This document shows, in pieces, positions 50,131 through 59,538 of a stretch of DNA of 64,000 bases; the stretch's first letter is position 1; each line of letters begins with the position of its first letter. The notes beneath the pieces are model-generated. The model ran no database searches and was not told where the DNA came from. It worked only from the letters and a program-made list of their open reading frames with translations. The DNA comes from an uncultured Alphaproteobacteria bacterium (lineage in GTDB: Bacteria > Pseudomonadota > Alphaproteobacteria > Paracaedibacterales > CAITNM01), in NCBI GenBank assembly GCA_903874955.1, contig CAIQTY010000028.1, positions 4,540-68,539 on the forward strand, written 5' to 3'. A program made the position numbers and the translations under genes.

Positions 50131-50382
50131 TTTTTAAATTTTTCCTATTAATAATGTTTTGAAAACGAGTAGTAGCATTTAATTTATTAGCTTTCAAGCT
50201 TCAAAAAATATTTCAAAACAAAAAATTAAACTTAAAGTTCAAAATAATCTAAGGTATGAATTTATTATAATTTATGACACGCAAACCAACTTTGCCAAAG
50301 ATTTTTAAATGCCTTATGATTCACAGTACATTGAACTTTTCTTTTGTTCGCTGAATATCGATCTAAAAATTGAGGTCCATCA

Positions 50383-51552
50383 TTGAAATTTATACCAAGT
50401 GATTACCAGGAAAACAGAGTGTTATGGGCAATTTGTTGGGTTACGTTTTTATGGAGTATGGCTTCATTAATGGTATTTTCCCTACTGCCAACGTTTCTAA
50501 CAGAAGAACTTCATGTTTCGAAAACTACCCTTGGCTTTATTGAAGGCACGGCTATTTTCATGGCCTTCATGGCAAAAGTATTCTCAGGAGTACTAAGCGA
50601 CGTTTTTAAAACACGCCGCTCCCTAATCATTACAGGAACAATCGGCACCCTTATGGTGAAACCAATGTTCGCTCTTTCCTGCGGAGTTTGGTCAGTTTTT
50701 TGGGCACGAACCTTAGACCGAATTAGTAAAGGGATCAGGTCTGCTCCGTCTGATGCCCTGATTGCTGATATTACGCCAAAATCAAACCAGGGTTCTTCCT
50801 ATGGAATGCGCTATACCCTTGAAACGTCAGGTTTTGTAATGGGGGGGGCATTAGCTTCTGTACTATATGGTTTAACGCATAGTTATAGAGTTGTGTTTTG
50901 GTGCTCGCTGCTTCCAGGAATATGCGCCATTTTAGTGCTTTTTAAATTCGTTCAGGACAACACGGCTATCCGTGCTCAGGCTGCTTGGCATTGGTCAGAA
51001 ATACGCCATTTACCCAAAAAATATTGGCAGATTTTAGGCGGTATATTTATCCTTATGCAAGCAAGGTTTAGCGAAGCTTTTTTGAACTTACGGGCTAAAG
51101 AATTTGGTTGGTCCGTAGCGCTGATACCATTGCTTTTTGTTGGCTACAACATTGTTTGCGCAAACACGGCATGGCCTATCGGCAAATTATCAGATCGCAC
51201 AAACCGGTTAAGAGTATTCTTATTTGGCTTGTTGGTTTTGGTGGTTGCAAACATTATAATGATCGTCGCCCCTAACAAATGGTTTATCCTTGGTGGTTTT
51301 CTTTTATGCGGCCTTCACATGGGCATGACCCACGGAATGCTATCAACCTTGGTAGCAGAAAACACCCTTCCCCACTTGCGCGGTACTGCCTTTGCCATGT
51401 ACTACTTTATAACTGGTGTCGCCATATTACTTGGGAACACGACCGCGGGATTTTTGGCTGACCAAATTAAAGGCGGTGCTTTTTACGGGGGTTTAGTATT
51501 TACAAGTTTAGCAGGATTATATTTTTACAAGTTAGCCAAGGAACATGAATAA
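50383..51552 (+). CDS. MFS transporter
   Basis: 389 aa with about 12 TMs. MFS loop motifs GVLSDVFKTRR and LDRISKGIRSAPSDAL. The TTG start is uncertain. Confidence 0.8.
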   Translation: MKFIPSDYQENRVLWAICWVTFLWSMASLMVFSLLPTFLTEELHVSKTTLGFIEGTAIFMAFMAKVFSGVLSDVFKTRRSLIITGTIGTLMVKPMFALSCGVWSVFWARTLDRISKGIRSAPSDALIADITPKSNQGSSYGMRYTLETSGFVMGGALASVLYGLTHSYRVVFWCSLLPGICAILVLFKFVQDNTAIRAQAAWHWSEIRHLPKKYWQILGGIFILMQARFSEAFLNLRAKEFGWSVALIPLLFVGYNIVCANTAWPIGKLSDRTNRLRVFLFGLLVLVVANIIMIVAPNKWFILGGFLLCGLHMGMTHGMLSTLVAENTLPHLRGTAFAMYYFITGVAILLGNTTAGFLADQIKGGAFYGGLVFTSLAGLYFYKLAKEHE

Positions 51553-52450
51553 TCGTTTCCACGAATTTTGCCAAAAATTCTTTTCCGATAATATATACGG
51601 CGGATTATTAATTGTTTTATCGACTGTTGCATCAGCAACGACAAACGGTACTACGCACAGTATTTCCAAAGGCATTCCCCCTATGGAAATTTTATTTTTC
51701 AAATGCTTGAGCGGCTTATGTGTTCTTCTACTTGTTTATAGGCAGCAATTTTTCCATCTTTTAAAAACAACTATTCTCCCTATTCATGCGCTTAAAGGTC
51801 TAAGTGGAGCGGTTGGAAATTGGGCTTGGATTAGTGCAGTAATTTATCTACCCTTAGCTGAATCCTCTGCTTTATCAATAACCAGTGCTTTTTTTACAAG
51901 CCTTGGTGGCATGCTATTTTTCAAAGAACGATTTCATCTCAAGGCCTGGATAGCGATTGTTGTGGGTTTTTCGGGGGTGATGTTGATTTTGCACCCAAGC
52001 CAAAAAATCTTTAGCTTCTACGCTTTTTTACCGCTTGTATCGGCTGTATTTTTTTCAGCCTCTTCACTTTTTGTAAAGCGTTTAAGTCAGAATGATTCAT
52101 CGCAAACAACGCTGATCTACCTGCTTGGGTTCATGGCAGTCTTTGCCCTGCTGAGCCAAACTCACACCCCTTGGGTGTTGCCCACAAGCGGTGATATACC
52201 AAAACTAGCAATTATCGGCGTTAGCTATTTATTAACCCAGGTTTGCTTAATCGAAGCATATACCTATGCACACACAAGCTTTTTAGCACCTTTTAAATAT
52301 GCGCGTTTTCCTGCAAGCATTTTCACAGGGGTACTATTTTTTGCAGAAATCCCCCCCATCACAACTTTAGTTGGAGGTGCGGTAATCTTAATCAGCTACG
52401 GTTGGTTGATTCGAGTTGAATACAACAATAAAAAAAACCGATCTAAATAA
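51545..52450 (+). CDS. DMT-superfamily (EamA-like) transporter
   Basis: 301 aa with about 10 TMs arranged as two EamA-type halves. There is an 8-nt overlap with the preceding MFS gene. Confidence 0.75.
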   Translation: MNNRFHEFCQKFFSDNIYGGLLIVLSTVASATTNGTTHSISKGIPPMEILFFKCLSGLCVLLLVYRQQFFHLLKTTILPIHALKGLSGAVGNWAWISAVIYLPLAESSALSITSAFFTSLGGMLFFKERFHLKAWIAIVVGFSGVMLILHPSQKIFSFYAFLPLVSAVFFSASSLFVKRLSQNDSSQTTLIYLLGFMAVFALLSQTHTPWVLPTSGDIPKLAIIGVSYLLTQVCLIEAYTYAHTSFLAPFKYARFPASIFTGVLFFAEIPPITTLVGGAVILISYGWLIRVEYNNKKNRSK

Positions 52451-52540
52451 TATATAGCCAACTATTTTTTCTAAAAAATCTGCTGGATTTTTCTTTTTTT
52501 TAGAGTAAGAATCATGAATTAACTGAAAATTAATTTTTTT

Positions 52541-53194
52541 ATGCTTATAAAAACGATAAATTCAAATAATATAATTTTAATGTTTGGTTTTTTGATGGTT
52601 TTTACTATAGAGGCCTCAGAAGCTAAACCTGAAATACAGTCAGCTCCACTGCCAGCGCTAACAGCTCATTCGCCATATTATGGTATAAAACAAAGAGCTC
52701 AATCCTTTGATATTTCACAAAATGATGAACAAAGAAAATACTTAGAAGAAAGGTGGGATAGAGACAAAAAGATGATTTCCAGTTACAGCGAAGCGATAGG
52801 TATATTTAACAATGAAATGATAAATGCAATTTTATTAAGAAATAATAGAAAAATAGAGATAGATCAGCGTAATGAAGGACTAATGTTTGAGATGGAAGAA
52901 GACTTTGAAGAGCTTAATAGGCTATTTGACCCATCAAAATATTATAGAAAATTCAAAAAACTTATAGAGGATAAACAAAAAGAAATAAATAAAAATGGCA
53001 TTAAATATTGTTTTTTATCTTTATGGAAGATAGAAACAATCGTCGATGAATTATTCAAGACCTGCAACATTAATGAAGCACAAGCTGAGGCTAAAACACA
53101 AACTGCTAAGGCATCAAAGCAACTCATGAAAGAATGGTTAAGAAAATTGCAAGAAAAATCCTTCAGAAAAAATTACCGAAAGAAATACGATTAA
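52541..53194 (+). CDS. secreted hypothetical protein (charged, helical)
   Basis: 217 aa. It has a hydrophobic N-terminus (ILMFGFLMVFTIEASEA) followed by highly charged Lys/Glu-rich sequence. I recognise no family. Confidence 0.45.
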   Translation: MLIKTINSNNIILMFGFLMVFTIEASEAKPEIQSAPLPALTAHSPYYGIKQRAQSFDISQNDEQRKYLEERWDRDKKMISSYSEAIGIFNNEMINAILLRNNRKIEIDQRNEGLMFEMEEDFEELNRLFDPSKYYRKFKKLIEDKQKEINKNGIKYCFLSLWKIETIVDELFKTCNINEAQAEAKTQTAKASKQLMKEWLRKLQEKSFRKNYRKKYD

Positions 53195-53210
53195 GATCTT
53201 GAATTAGATA

Positions 53211-54293
53211 TTAAGCAGCTTCTTCAATTTTTGCTTTTCTCAGGCGCACACTATCAGATTTCAACTGACCGCAAGCTGCTAGAATATCGCGGCCTCTGGG
53301 GGTGCGCACTGGTGAAGCATACCCTGCCCTGTAGACAACCTCGGCAAAGGCAGAAATCGCTTGAGGTGTAGAGCATTCATAAGGGCTACCAGGCCATGGG
53401 TTAAACGGAATCAGGTTAATTTTGGCGGGAATGCCCCTAATTAATTGCACCAGCCTTCGGGCTTCAGCCACAGAATCATTTACGCCTTTTAGCATCACAT
53501 ACTCAAAGGTTATGCGCCTTGCGTTACTCACATTGGGGTAATCCCGGCACGCCTGCAGTAGCTCTTTTAAGGGGTACTTTCGGTTTATCGGCACAATTTC
53601 ATTGCGCAATTCATCGGTTACCGCGTGCAAAGATATCGCCAAACTTATACCAAGTTCTTGCCCACACCGTTCAATCATCGGCACAATACCCGAAGTAGAT
53701 AGGGTAATTTTGCGCTTTGATAGGCTTAGACCTTTTTCATCAGTCAGAATCTTAACGGCGGTTGCCACATTATCATAGTTATATAAAGGCTCCCCCATCC
53801 CCATCAGCACCACGTTACTGATATGGCGATTACCTACCGGGGTTGGCCATTCGTGAAAAACGTCCCGTGCAACCATGACCTGCCCGACAATTTCAGCAGC
53901 GGTTAGGTTGCGAACGAGCACCTGAGTGCCTGTATGGCAAAACGTACAGGTAAGGGTACAGCCAACCTGAGATGAAATACACAAGGTTCCCCGGTCAACT
54001 TCCGGAATATGAACGGTCTCGGCCTCTTGCCCATCGGCAAATTTTAATAGCCATTTTTGAGTGCCATCCACCGATGCTTGCGCATTAGAAACAAACGGAC
54101 GCTCAATACAATACACATCACTAAGGATGCTGCGTACAGGTGCCGATAAATTATTCATGCCTTCAAAGCTGCGAAGGCCATGATGATAGAGCCAATTCCA
54201 AACCTGCTGCACGCGAAATGCAGGCAAGCCCAATTCAGCAAATTGAGCAGTTAGCGCCTCTCGGCTTTGGCCAATAATATTCATTTTTGTCAT
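53211..54293 (-). CDS. rlmN: 23S rRNA/tRNA adenine-C2 methyltransferase (radical SAM)
   Basis: 360 aa. Radical-SAM motif [11 protein letters not shown], the MGMGEPL block, and the C-terminal catalytic Cys context ILAACGQL. Confidence 0.95.
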   Translation of the reverse strand: MTKMNIIGQSREALTAQFAELGLPAFRVQQVWNWLYHHGLRSFEGMNNLSAPVRSILSDVYCIERPFVSNAQASVDGTQKWLLKFADGQEAETVHIPEVDRGTLCISSQVGCTLTCTFCHTGTQVLVRNLTAAEIVGQVMVARDVFHEWPTPVGNRHISNVVLMGMGEPLYNYDNVATAVKILTDEKGLSLSKRKITLSTSGIVPMIERCGQELGISLAISLHAVTDELRNEIVPINRKYPLKELLQACRDYPNVSNARRITFEYVMLKGVNDSVAEARRLVQLIRGIPAKINLIPFNPWPGSPYECSTPQAISAFAEVVYRAGYASPVRTPRGRDILAACGQLKSDSVRLRKAKIEEAA

Positions 54294-54414
54294 GGATTAG
54301 ATATAGGGATTCTCAGCATAATTAACAAGAGTGATTTGGTAAATTTCTAATAAGTTTCAACCTCATCACACAAAGCAGAGGCACTTGAAGTGCCATCTGC
54401 ACGGGTTTGAATTT

Positions 54415-54804
54415 TTATTCATCTATATGATAAATATCTCTAATGGTTCTTGCATTATTTTTTTTATTTTCAGCAGAGATTAAATAGAACGGCCATTTCT
54501 TAAAGTAACTTTTAACCGAGCTATAGCAAAATTGAATAACACCTCTCGTACCCCCAATAATTTGTTCTCCAAAGGGTAAATAAGATTGAAACAGCTTTAC
54601 ATAGTGCATTCCAGAATTAGAGGATGATTCTAATTGTATATTCGCAGGGTCATAATTTTTCATAGCTCTTTTTATATACCCAGCTCTATCATCAGGATCA
54701 GAAGGAAGAAATACTATAACTGCTGATAAAGAAGAAAACGTGAAGCACACGATGCCCGCCATAATTTTATAAAATTGTAATTTTTTTTGCGATAATTTTT
54801 TCAT
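54415..54804 (-). CDS. small secreted protein, tandem family member 1
   Basis: 129 aa. MKKLSQKKLQFYKIM plus a hydrophobic segment (SSLSA). It shares the C-terminal module LFQSYLPFGEQIIGGTRGVIQFCYSSVK and ends HIDE. Confidence 0.6.
   Translation of the reverse strand: MKKLSQKKLQFYKIMAGIVCFTFSSLSAVIVFLPSDPDDRAGYIKRAMKNYDPANIQLESSSNSGMHYVKLFQSYLPFGEQIIGGTRGVIQFCYSSVKSYFKKWPFYLISAENKKNNARTIRDIYHIDE
54760..54804 (-). repeat. 45-nt 5'-end repeat, copy 1 (44/45 identical to 55183..55227)
   Basis: cataattttataaaattgtaattttttttgcgataattttttcat compared with ...aaaactg... in copy 2. The single difference is a synonymous CAA/CAG change. Confidence 0.9.
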
Positions 54805-54828
54805 AAATATATTTCCTTAAATTTCTTT

Positions 54829-55227
54829 TTATTCATCATAAGCTACGAACGGACTCCTTCGATGGGGCCGGTTTTTCTTAGAGTATTTTTCAAGAAACTT
54901 AGGAAAAAAGAAATCTTTAACGGAACTATAGTAATAGTGGAAAAAACTTCTCGTTCCCCCTATAACTTGTTTTCCGTAAGGTAAATAAGCTTGAAACTGA
55001 TCTAAAAGTTGAGTAAACCTTCCGGGAGTAGAAGGTAATTCCGCAAGGCCCGCATCTGCTCGCTCGATTTCTAGGTACCTAGTTTTAATTCTTTTCAAGT
55101 ACTTAGCTTCCGCATCAGGACCAGGAGGTATATACACAATACCTGCTGATAAAGAAGAGAATGTGAAGAACAGTACACTCACCATAATTTTATAAAACTG
55201 TAATTTTTTTTGCGATAATTTTTTCAT
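54829..55227 (-). CDS. small secreted protein, tandem family member 2
   Basis: 132 aa. Its first 15 residues are identical to member 1. It carries the module QFQAYLPYGKQVIGGTRSFFHYYYSSVK and ends AYDE. Confidence 0.6.
   Translation of the reverse strand: MKKLSQKKLQFYKIMVSVLFFTFSSLSAGIVYIPPGPDAEAKYLKRIKTRYLEIERADAGLAELPSTPGRFTQLLDQFQAYLPYGKQVIGGTRSFFHYYYSSVKDFFFPKFLEKYSKKNRPHRRSPFVAYDE
55183..55227 (-). repeat. 45-nt 5'-end repeat, copy 2
   Basis: See copy 1. The identity stops abruptly at codon 16. Confidence 0.9.
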
Positions 55228-55247
55228 AAGTCTTTCCTAAAATTTTA

Positions 55248-55730
55248 TTATTCATCTCTAACGACAGAAAAATTTCGATATTGTAGCTGCTGAGAGGAAT
55301 GGCATGATGACAATCTCTTAAAGCAGTTTTCAACAGAATTATAGCAATAGTGGAAAAAGCTTTTCGCACCCTCTATAATTTGTTCTCCAGAGAGCTGATA
55401 AGATTGAAACAGATCGACTAATGTTCTGGGCAGCAACGGAGGTGAAGAGTAAGTAAGATTATCCGTTTCACGATCACCTGTAGTTTTATTCTCATCGCCC
55501 GTAGTGTCTGAAAATCTCTCAAATTCGGTGGATTTATTTTTTGAAGAATCAGAATTTGTATCTATTTCTAGGGCGAGTTTATTGTGCGCTTGAGCACTAC
55601 GAGCAACATCAATATAGCCGTCACTATTTTCATCAGATGCAAAAATACTAGCCAATGGAGATACTATAAATATGAATGGAGCAGCTATTATTTTGTAAAA
55701 ATATAATTTTTTTTTCGAAAACAGTTCCAT
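55248..55730 (-). CDS. small secreted protein, tandem family member 3
   Basis: 160 aa. MELFSKKKLYFYKII plus a hydrophobic segment, with an extra acidic/Thr-rich insert. It carries the module LFQSYQLSGEQIIEGAKSFFHYCYNSVE and ends VRDE. Confidence 0.6.
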   Translation of the reverse strand: MELFSKKKLYFYKIIAAPFIFIVSPLASIFASDENSDGYIDVARSAQAHNKLALEIDTNSDSSKNKSTEFERFSDTTGDENKTTGDRETDNLTYSSPPLLPRTLVDLFQSYQLSGEQIIEGAKSFFHYCYNSVENCFKRLSSCHSSQQLQYRNFSVVRDE

Positions 55731-55933
55731 ATGTACATCCCCTTAAATGTTAATATCATAGAATCAATAAATTTTTAATTTCTTTTAAAAAAATTATAAT
55801 ATAATTTTATTATTTAAAATAGGAATCAATCAATAATATTTTTATTGGGGAAGTAACAGCAGCAAAACTAATTTGCACAAAATCCCGCTAAGAATGTTTA
55901 TCTAACGGAATATTTATCTAAAGAAATGTCTGA

Positions 55934-56617
55934 TCAACACACTGATGTTTTAAGCATGTAATCATTTCCATGGTAAACAAGTAAAGCATGCTCAACAATT
56001 TCTTCTGCTTTTCTGCAAACAGTTTCAATATCATAAAACGTTGTATCTAAAAGAATCGCCTCCACTGCCATTTGAAGAGGATCTGCTTGACGATTTTGGT
56101 CTCGTGCATCGCGGGTTTTTATATCTTCTAAGATATTTTTCAGTTCAATTACGTCTGCGGAGATACTCATTTCTTTTGTACGCCTGTGTGCACGCACTTT
56201 TTCATCTGCAGTTACAAAAATTTTCACGTCAGCACCTGGCAGAATGACGGTACCAACATCGCGACCATCTAGAATAACTCCCTGGAAATCGGAAGTCACG
56301 TTATCCGTGAAATCCCGCATTTTTTGGGTTAAAACACGCCTTACCGATGGAATAATAGCAACTTGAGAAGCAATTGCTGCAATGTGTTCGTTACGAAGAA
56401 CTTTTTCGTCAAGATGCCCCGGATCTATTGTTTGCGCGACTGTTTCTAGGCGAACAACATCTAAAGTATCAATACTTTCTTCTATAACTAGTCTGCCTAC
56501 TTCTCGGTATAATAATCCGGTATCCAGGTGAGCAAAACTAAACTTTTGACTAATGTACTTGGCAATAGTACCTTTTCCCGCCCCAGCTGGGCCGTCGATA
56601 GCAACTGAAAAAACCAT
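55934..56617 (-). CDS. cmk: cytidylate kinase
   Basis: 227 aa. P-loop VAIDGPAGAGKGT and the HLDTGLLYR and GRDVGTV blocks. Confidence 0.9.
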   Translation of the reverse strand: MVFSVAIDGPAGAGKGTIAKYISQKFSFAHLDTGLLYREVGRLVIEESIDTLDVVRLETVAQTIDPGHLDEKVLRNEHIAAIASQVAIIPSVRRVLTQKMRDFTDNVTSDFQGVILDGRDVGTVILPGADVKIFVTADEKVRAHRRTKEMSISADVIELKNILEDIKTRDARDQNRQADPLQMAVEAILLDTTFYDIETVCRKAEEIVEHALLVYHGNDYMLKTSVC

Positions 56618-56703
56618 ACAAATAAAACGTTTATTTTACATACCTAAAGAACACCTTTTGAAAATAACTTGCAAGTTATTTTTTTATTCAGCAAAATCCA
56701 TTC

Positions 56704-57696
56704 ATGGAAAATTCAAGAATCATTATTATTGGAGCTGGTTCATGGGGCACAGCGCTTGCTGTAAGCCTTCATCAGTCAGGCAAAAAAGTGACCCTTTGGG
56801 GACGTCGCCCTGAAATGGTCGTCGAATTATGCACTTCTAGATACTCCGCCTATCTTCCGGGTGTTTTTCTACCGGTAGATATGGCAATTTCGAGTGCATA
56901 TGGTGATATATCAATCGCTGATATTATTTTGTGGGCCGTACCGGTCCAGCAAAGTCAAATCCTATTAGAACAACTAAAAGAATATATTCCATCAAGTGCA
57001 CCCATTATTGTTTGCTCCAAAGGCTTGGTACTTGAAACCCAGCAACCCTTATCTGGGTTATTTAAAAAATCTTTGTTAAACCCTATTGGGGTCCTATCTG
57101 GTCCTAACTTTGCCGATGAAGTCGCCAAAAATTTACCCGCTGCTTCTACCCTAGCGTTTGAAAATTTAGACCTAGCCAAAAATTTAGCGTGCCATTTACG
57201 CCATAAAGCTTTCAGGGTATATGCTCACCACGATGTAATCGGGGTTGAAATGGCAGGAGCCCTTAAAAATGTTGCCGCGATTGCAGCTGGAATCGTGATG
57301 GGAAGAGAACTTGGTCACAATTGCCTTGCGATGCTTATAACCCGCGCTAATGCAGAAATCTGCAGGTTAGCCTCAGCGCTTGGAGCATTCCCAGATACAG
57401 GTAAAACCTTAGCGGGAATTGGTGATTTAATGCTAACATGCTCGAGCGTGAAATCGCGTAATACAAGTCTGGGTTTTGCTCTTGCAAAGGGACAAAGCCT
57501 AGAGGATATTTTAAAAGCTAGAAGCAACGTCACAGAAGGTGTTGCTACAGCAAAAGTCGCTTTCGATTTGGCAAAATCACATAAAATTCACGCACCCATC
57601 ATAAGCGCTATGTACAGTATACTCTATGAAGGTCAATCGATTGATGATACGGTGCACTCTATTCTTAGTAGCCAACAACAACAGGAGCTTGAATAA
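56704..57696 (+). CDS. gpsA: NAD(P)H-dependent glycerol-3-phosphate dehydrogenase
   Basis: 330 aa. N-terminal IIIGAGSWGTALA, plus the SKGL, GPNFADEV, GALKNV and GDLMLTC blocks. Confidence 0.95.
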   Translation: MENSRIIIIGAGSWGTALAVSLHQSGKKVTLWGRRPEMVVELCTSRYSAYLPGVFLPVDMAISSAYGDISIADIILWAVPVQQSQILLEQLKEYIPSSAPIIVCSKGLVLETQQPLSGLFKKSLLNPIGVLSGPNFADEVAKNLPAASTLAFENLDLAKNLACHLRHKAFRVYAHHDVIGVEMAGALKNVAAIAAGIVMGRELGHNCLAMLITRANAEICRLASALGAFPDTGKTLAGIGDLMLTCSSVKSRNTSLGFALAKGQSLEDILKARSNVTEGVATAKVAFDLAKSHKIHAPIISAMYSILYEGQSIDDTVHSILSSQQQQELE

Positions 57697-58109
57697 TGGC
57701 CTATTGGTTAGTGAAATCTGAGCCTAGCTCTTGGTCATGGAATGACCAAACAAAAAAGAAAATCACCCACTGGGATGGGGTTCGCAATTTTCAAGCAAGA
57801 AACTTCCTAAAACAAATGAAAATTGGCGATCTTGTTTTTTTCTATCATTCTATCGTAGGCAAAAAAATCATGGGAATTGTGAAAGTATGCAGCTCTTACA
57901 AAGATGACCCAACTGATAGCACTGGGAAATTTGGCATGGTCGATATGGAATACGTGGAACCATTGCAAAATCCTGTAACTTTAGAAAAGATTAAAAATAC
58001 ACCTGCCTTAATTGAATTACCGCTAATCAAACAATCGAGGCTTTCGGTCATGCCTATAACCGCTAGTCAATGGGAGACCATTATAAATATATCAAAAAAT
58101 AATCATTAA
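57696..58109 (+). CDS. EVE (PUA-like) domain protein
   Basis: 137 aa. Characteristic start MAYWLVKSEPSSWSW, then WDGVRNFQARNFLKQMKIGDLVFFYHS. The start overlaps the gpsA stop. Confidence 0.85.
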   Translation: MAYWLVKSEPSSWSWNDQTKKKITHWDGVRNFQARNFLKQMKIGDLVFFYHSIVGKKIMGIVKVCSSYKDDPTDSTGKFGMVDMEYVEPLQNPVTLEKIKNTPALIELPLIKQSRLSVMPITASQWETIINISKNNH

Positions 58110-58152
58110 ATAATTACTTTTTAAATTATTAATCAGCCTGACCATAAACCAC

Positions 58153-59538
58153 TCAAGTTTTGCAAAAAATAAATTCTTCCCCATCAAAACGTTGATGCGC
58201 TTTAATTGTTAGAGTATTGCCTTTGAACACAGCAGTTCCCCAGTGACCTTCTGCTATATCTGCGCCAGAGTCGGCAGTGAAGAAAAGACGAAATCGATCA
58301 GGCGCGATTGGCTGCAGCAATGCAACTGCAGGCTTGGGGCCTAAATACAATTTAAGCTGGCCGTCGTCACAAGCTATTCTAGCTGTTCCTAAAATCGCGT
58401 TTGTATAATTACCTGTATAGGTTGATGGCTCAAAAGAAATATCCAAAATTTGCGGAGGAAGATCCGCTTTGAGACTATTCAGGTATTTTTCTCTAGCATC
58501 TGATGCATACTCCCGAGGTTTAATCCCTATAAGAAGATCTGCTGCAAATTCGCAAATCATCAGGGGAACTTCACTATGGGTTAGGTTGGTGAGCACGAAA
58601 ATCCCAAAGTCACTCTGGGGCACAATATAAAGCAGGTGACGCACTCCCTTGATTAAGCCACCATGGCTTATGATGCGCTGGGGTTTATGGGTTAAAATAC
58701 GCCATCCAAGGCCATAAAACTCATCAGAACTGATCACCGTCTGAGGCCTCCACATAAATCCAATACTTGATTTACGCAAAAACGGAATATGCCCTAGCTG
58801 CGCTTGCATCCATTTGCACAAATCAGCACCAGATGTCACAACCCCGCCCGCTGCCATGTGCACATGGGGGTAGCAGCTAAAAGAAACGGTGCGAATTTTT
58901 GTAAATGTCTCTTCGTCTAGCACTTGGCCTTGAACTAATTGCGAAGCCCGCTCCTTACAAAATCCAATACGTGCATGCATACCAAGGGGTTTAAAAAGCC
59001 GCTGCTCCATAAAATCAGAAAAAGATATCCCACTAAATTTTTCAATAATGTCTTGCACAAAAAGATACAAGATATTGATGTACTGATAAGTGGTGCGAAA
59101 GCTTGTAGAAGGTTTAACGTGGCAAAGAAAATTTTTAAGGGTTTGAGCTGAGTAACCCCATAAAGGTAATTGTTGCATAGGATCAAAACCTAAGCCTGAT
59201 CGATGACAAAACAAATCGATTACAGTATATTCTTTGGTCACCCAAGGGTCGTACATTTTAAAATCTGGCAATATCTCGACAACTTTTTGATGCCAGTTGA
59301 AATGCCCATCCTCTACCAAAAGTGCGATCGCCGCAGCACTCATTGCTTTGGTGATAGAGGCAACAGGAAACAAACATTCTGGCGTGACCGGATCAGGATT
59401 ATCGATGCCTTTTTGCCCATAACCTTTCAGGTGAATAATTTCACCGCCTTGGACAATACCAATAGCTGCGCCTGGAACCTGCCAGTTGGTAAATGCACTA
59501 GTGGCAAAATTATCAATTTTATTGATTAGCTTCTTCAT
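58153..59538 (-). CDS. serine hydrolase, beta-lactamase/transpeptidase-like (class C/esterase family)
   Basis: 461 aa. SxxK motif in FPVASITKAM, a downstream YQYINILY (YxN-like) motif, and a C-terminal lipocalin-like extension. Confidence 0.75.
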   Translation of the reverse strand: MKKLINKIDNFATSAFTNWQVPGAAIGIVQGGEIIHLKGYGQKGIDNPDPVTPECLFPVASITKAMSAAAIALLVEDGHFNWHQKVVEILPDFKMYDPWVTKEYTVIDLFCHRSGLGFDPMQQLPLWGYSAQTLKNFLCHVKPSTSFRTTYQYINILYLFVQDIIEKFSGISFSDFMEQRLFKPLGMHARIGFCKERASQLVQGQVLDEETFTKIRTVSFSCYPHVHMAAGGVVTSGADLCKWMQAQLGHIPFLRKSSIGFMWRPQTVISSDEFYGLGWRILTHKPQRIISHGGLIKGVRHLLYIVPQSDFGIFVLTNLTHSEVPLMICEFAADLLIGIKPREYASDAREKYLNSLKADLPPQILDISFEPSTYTGNYTNAILGTARIACDDGQLKLYLGPKPAVALLQPIAPDRFRLFFTADSGADIAEGHWGTAVFKGNTLTIKAHQRFDGEEFIFCKT

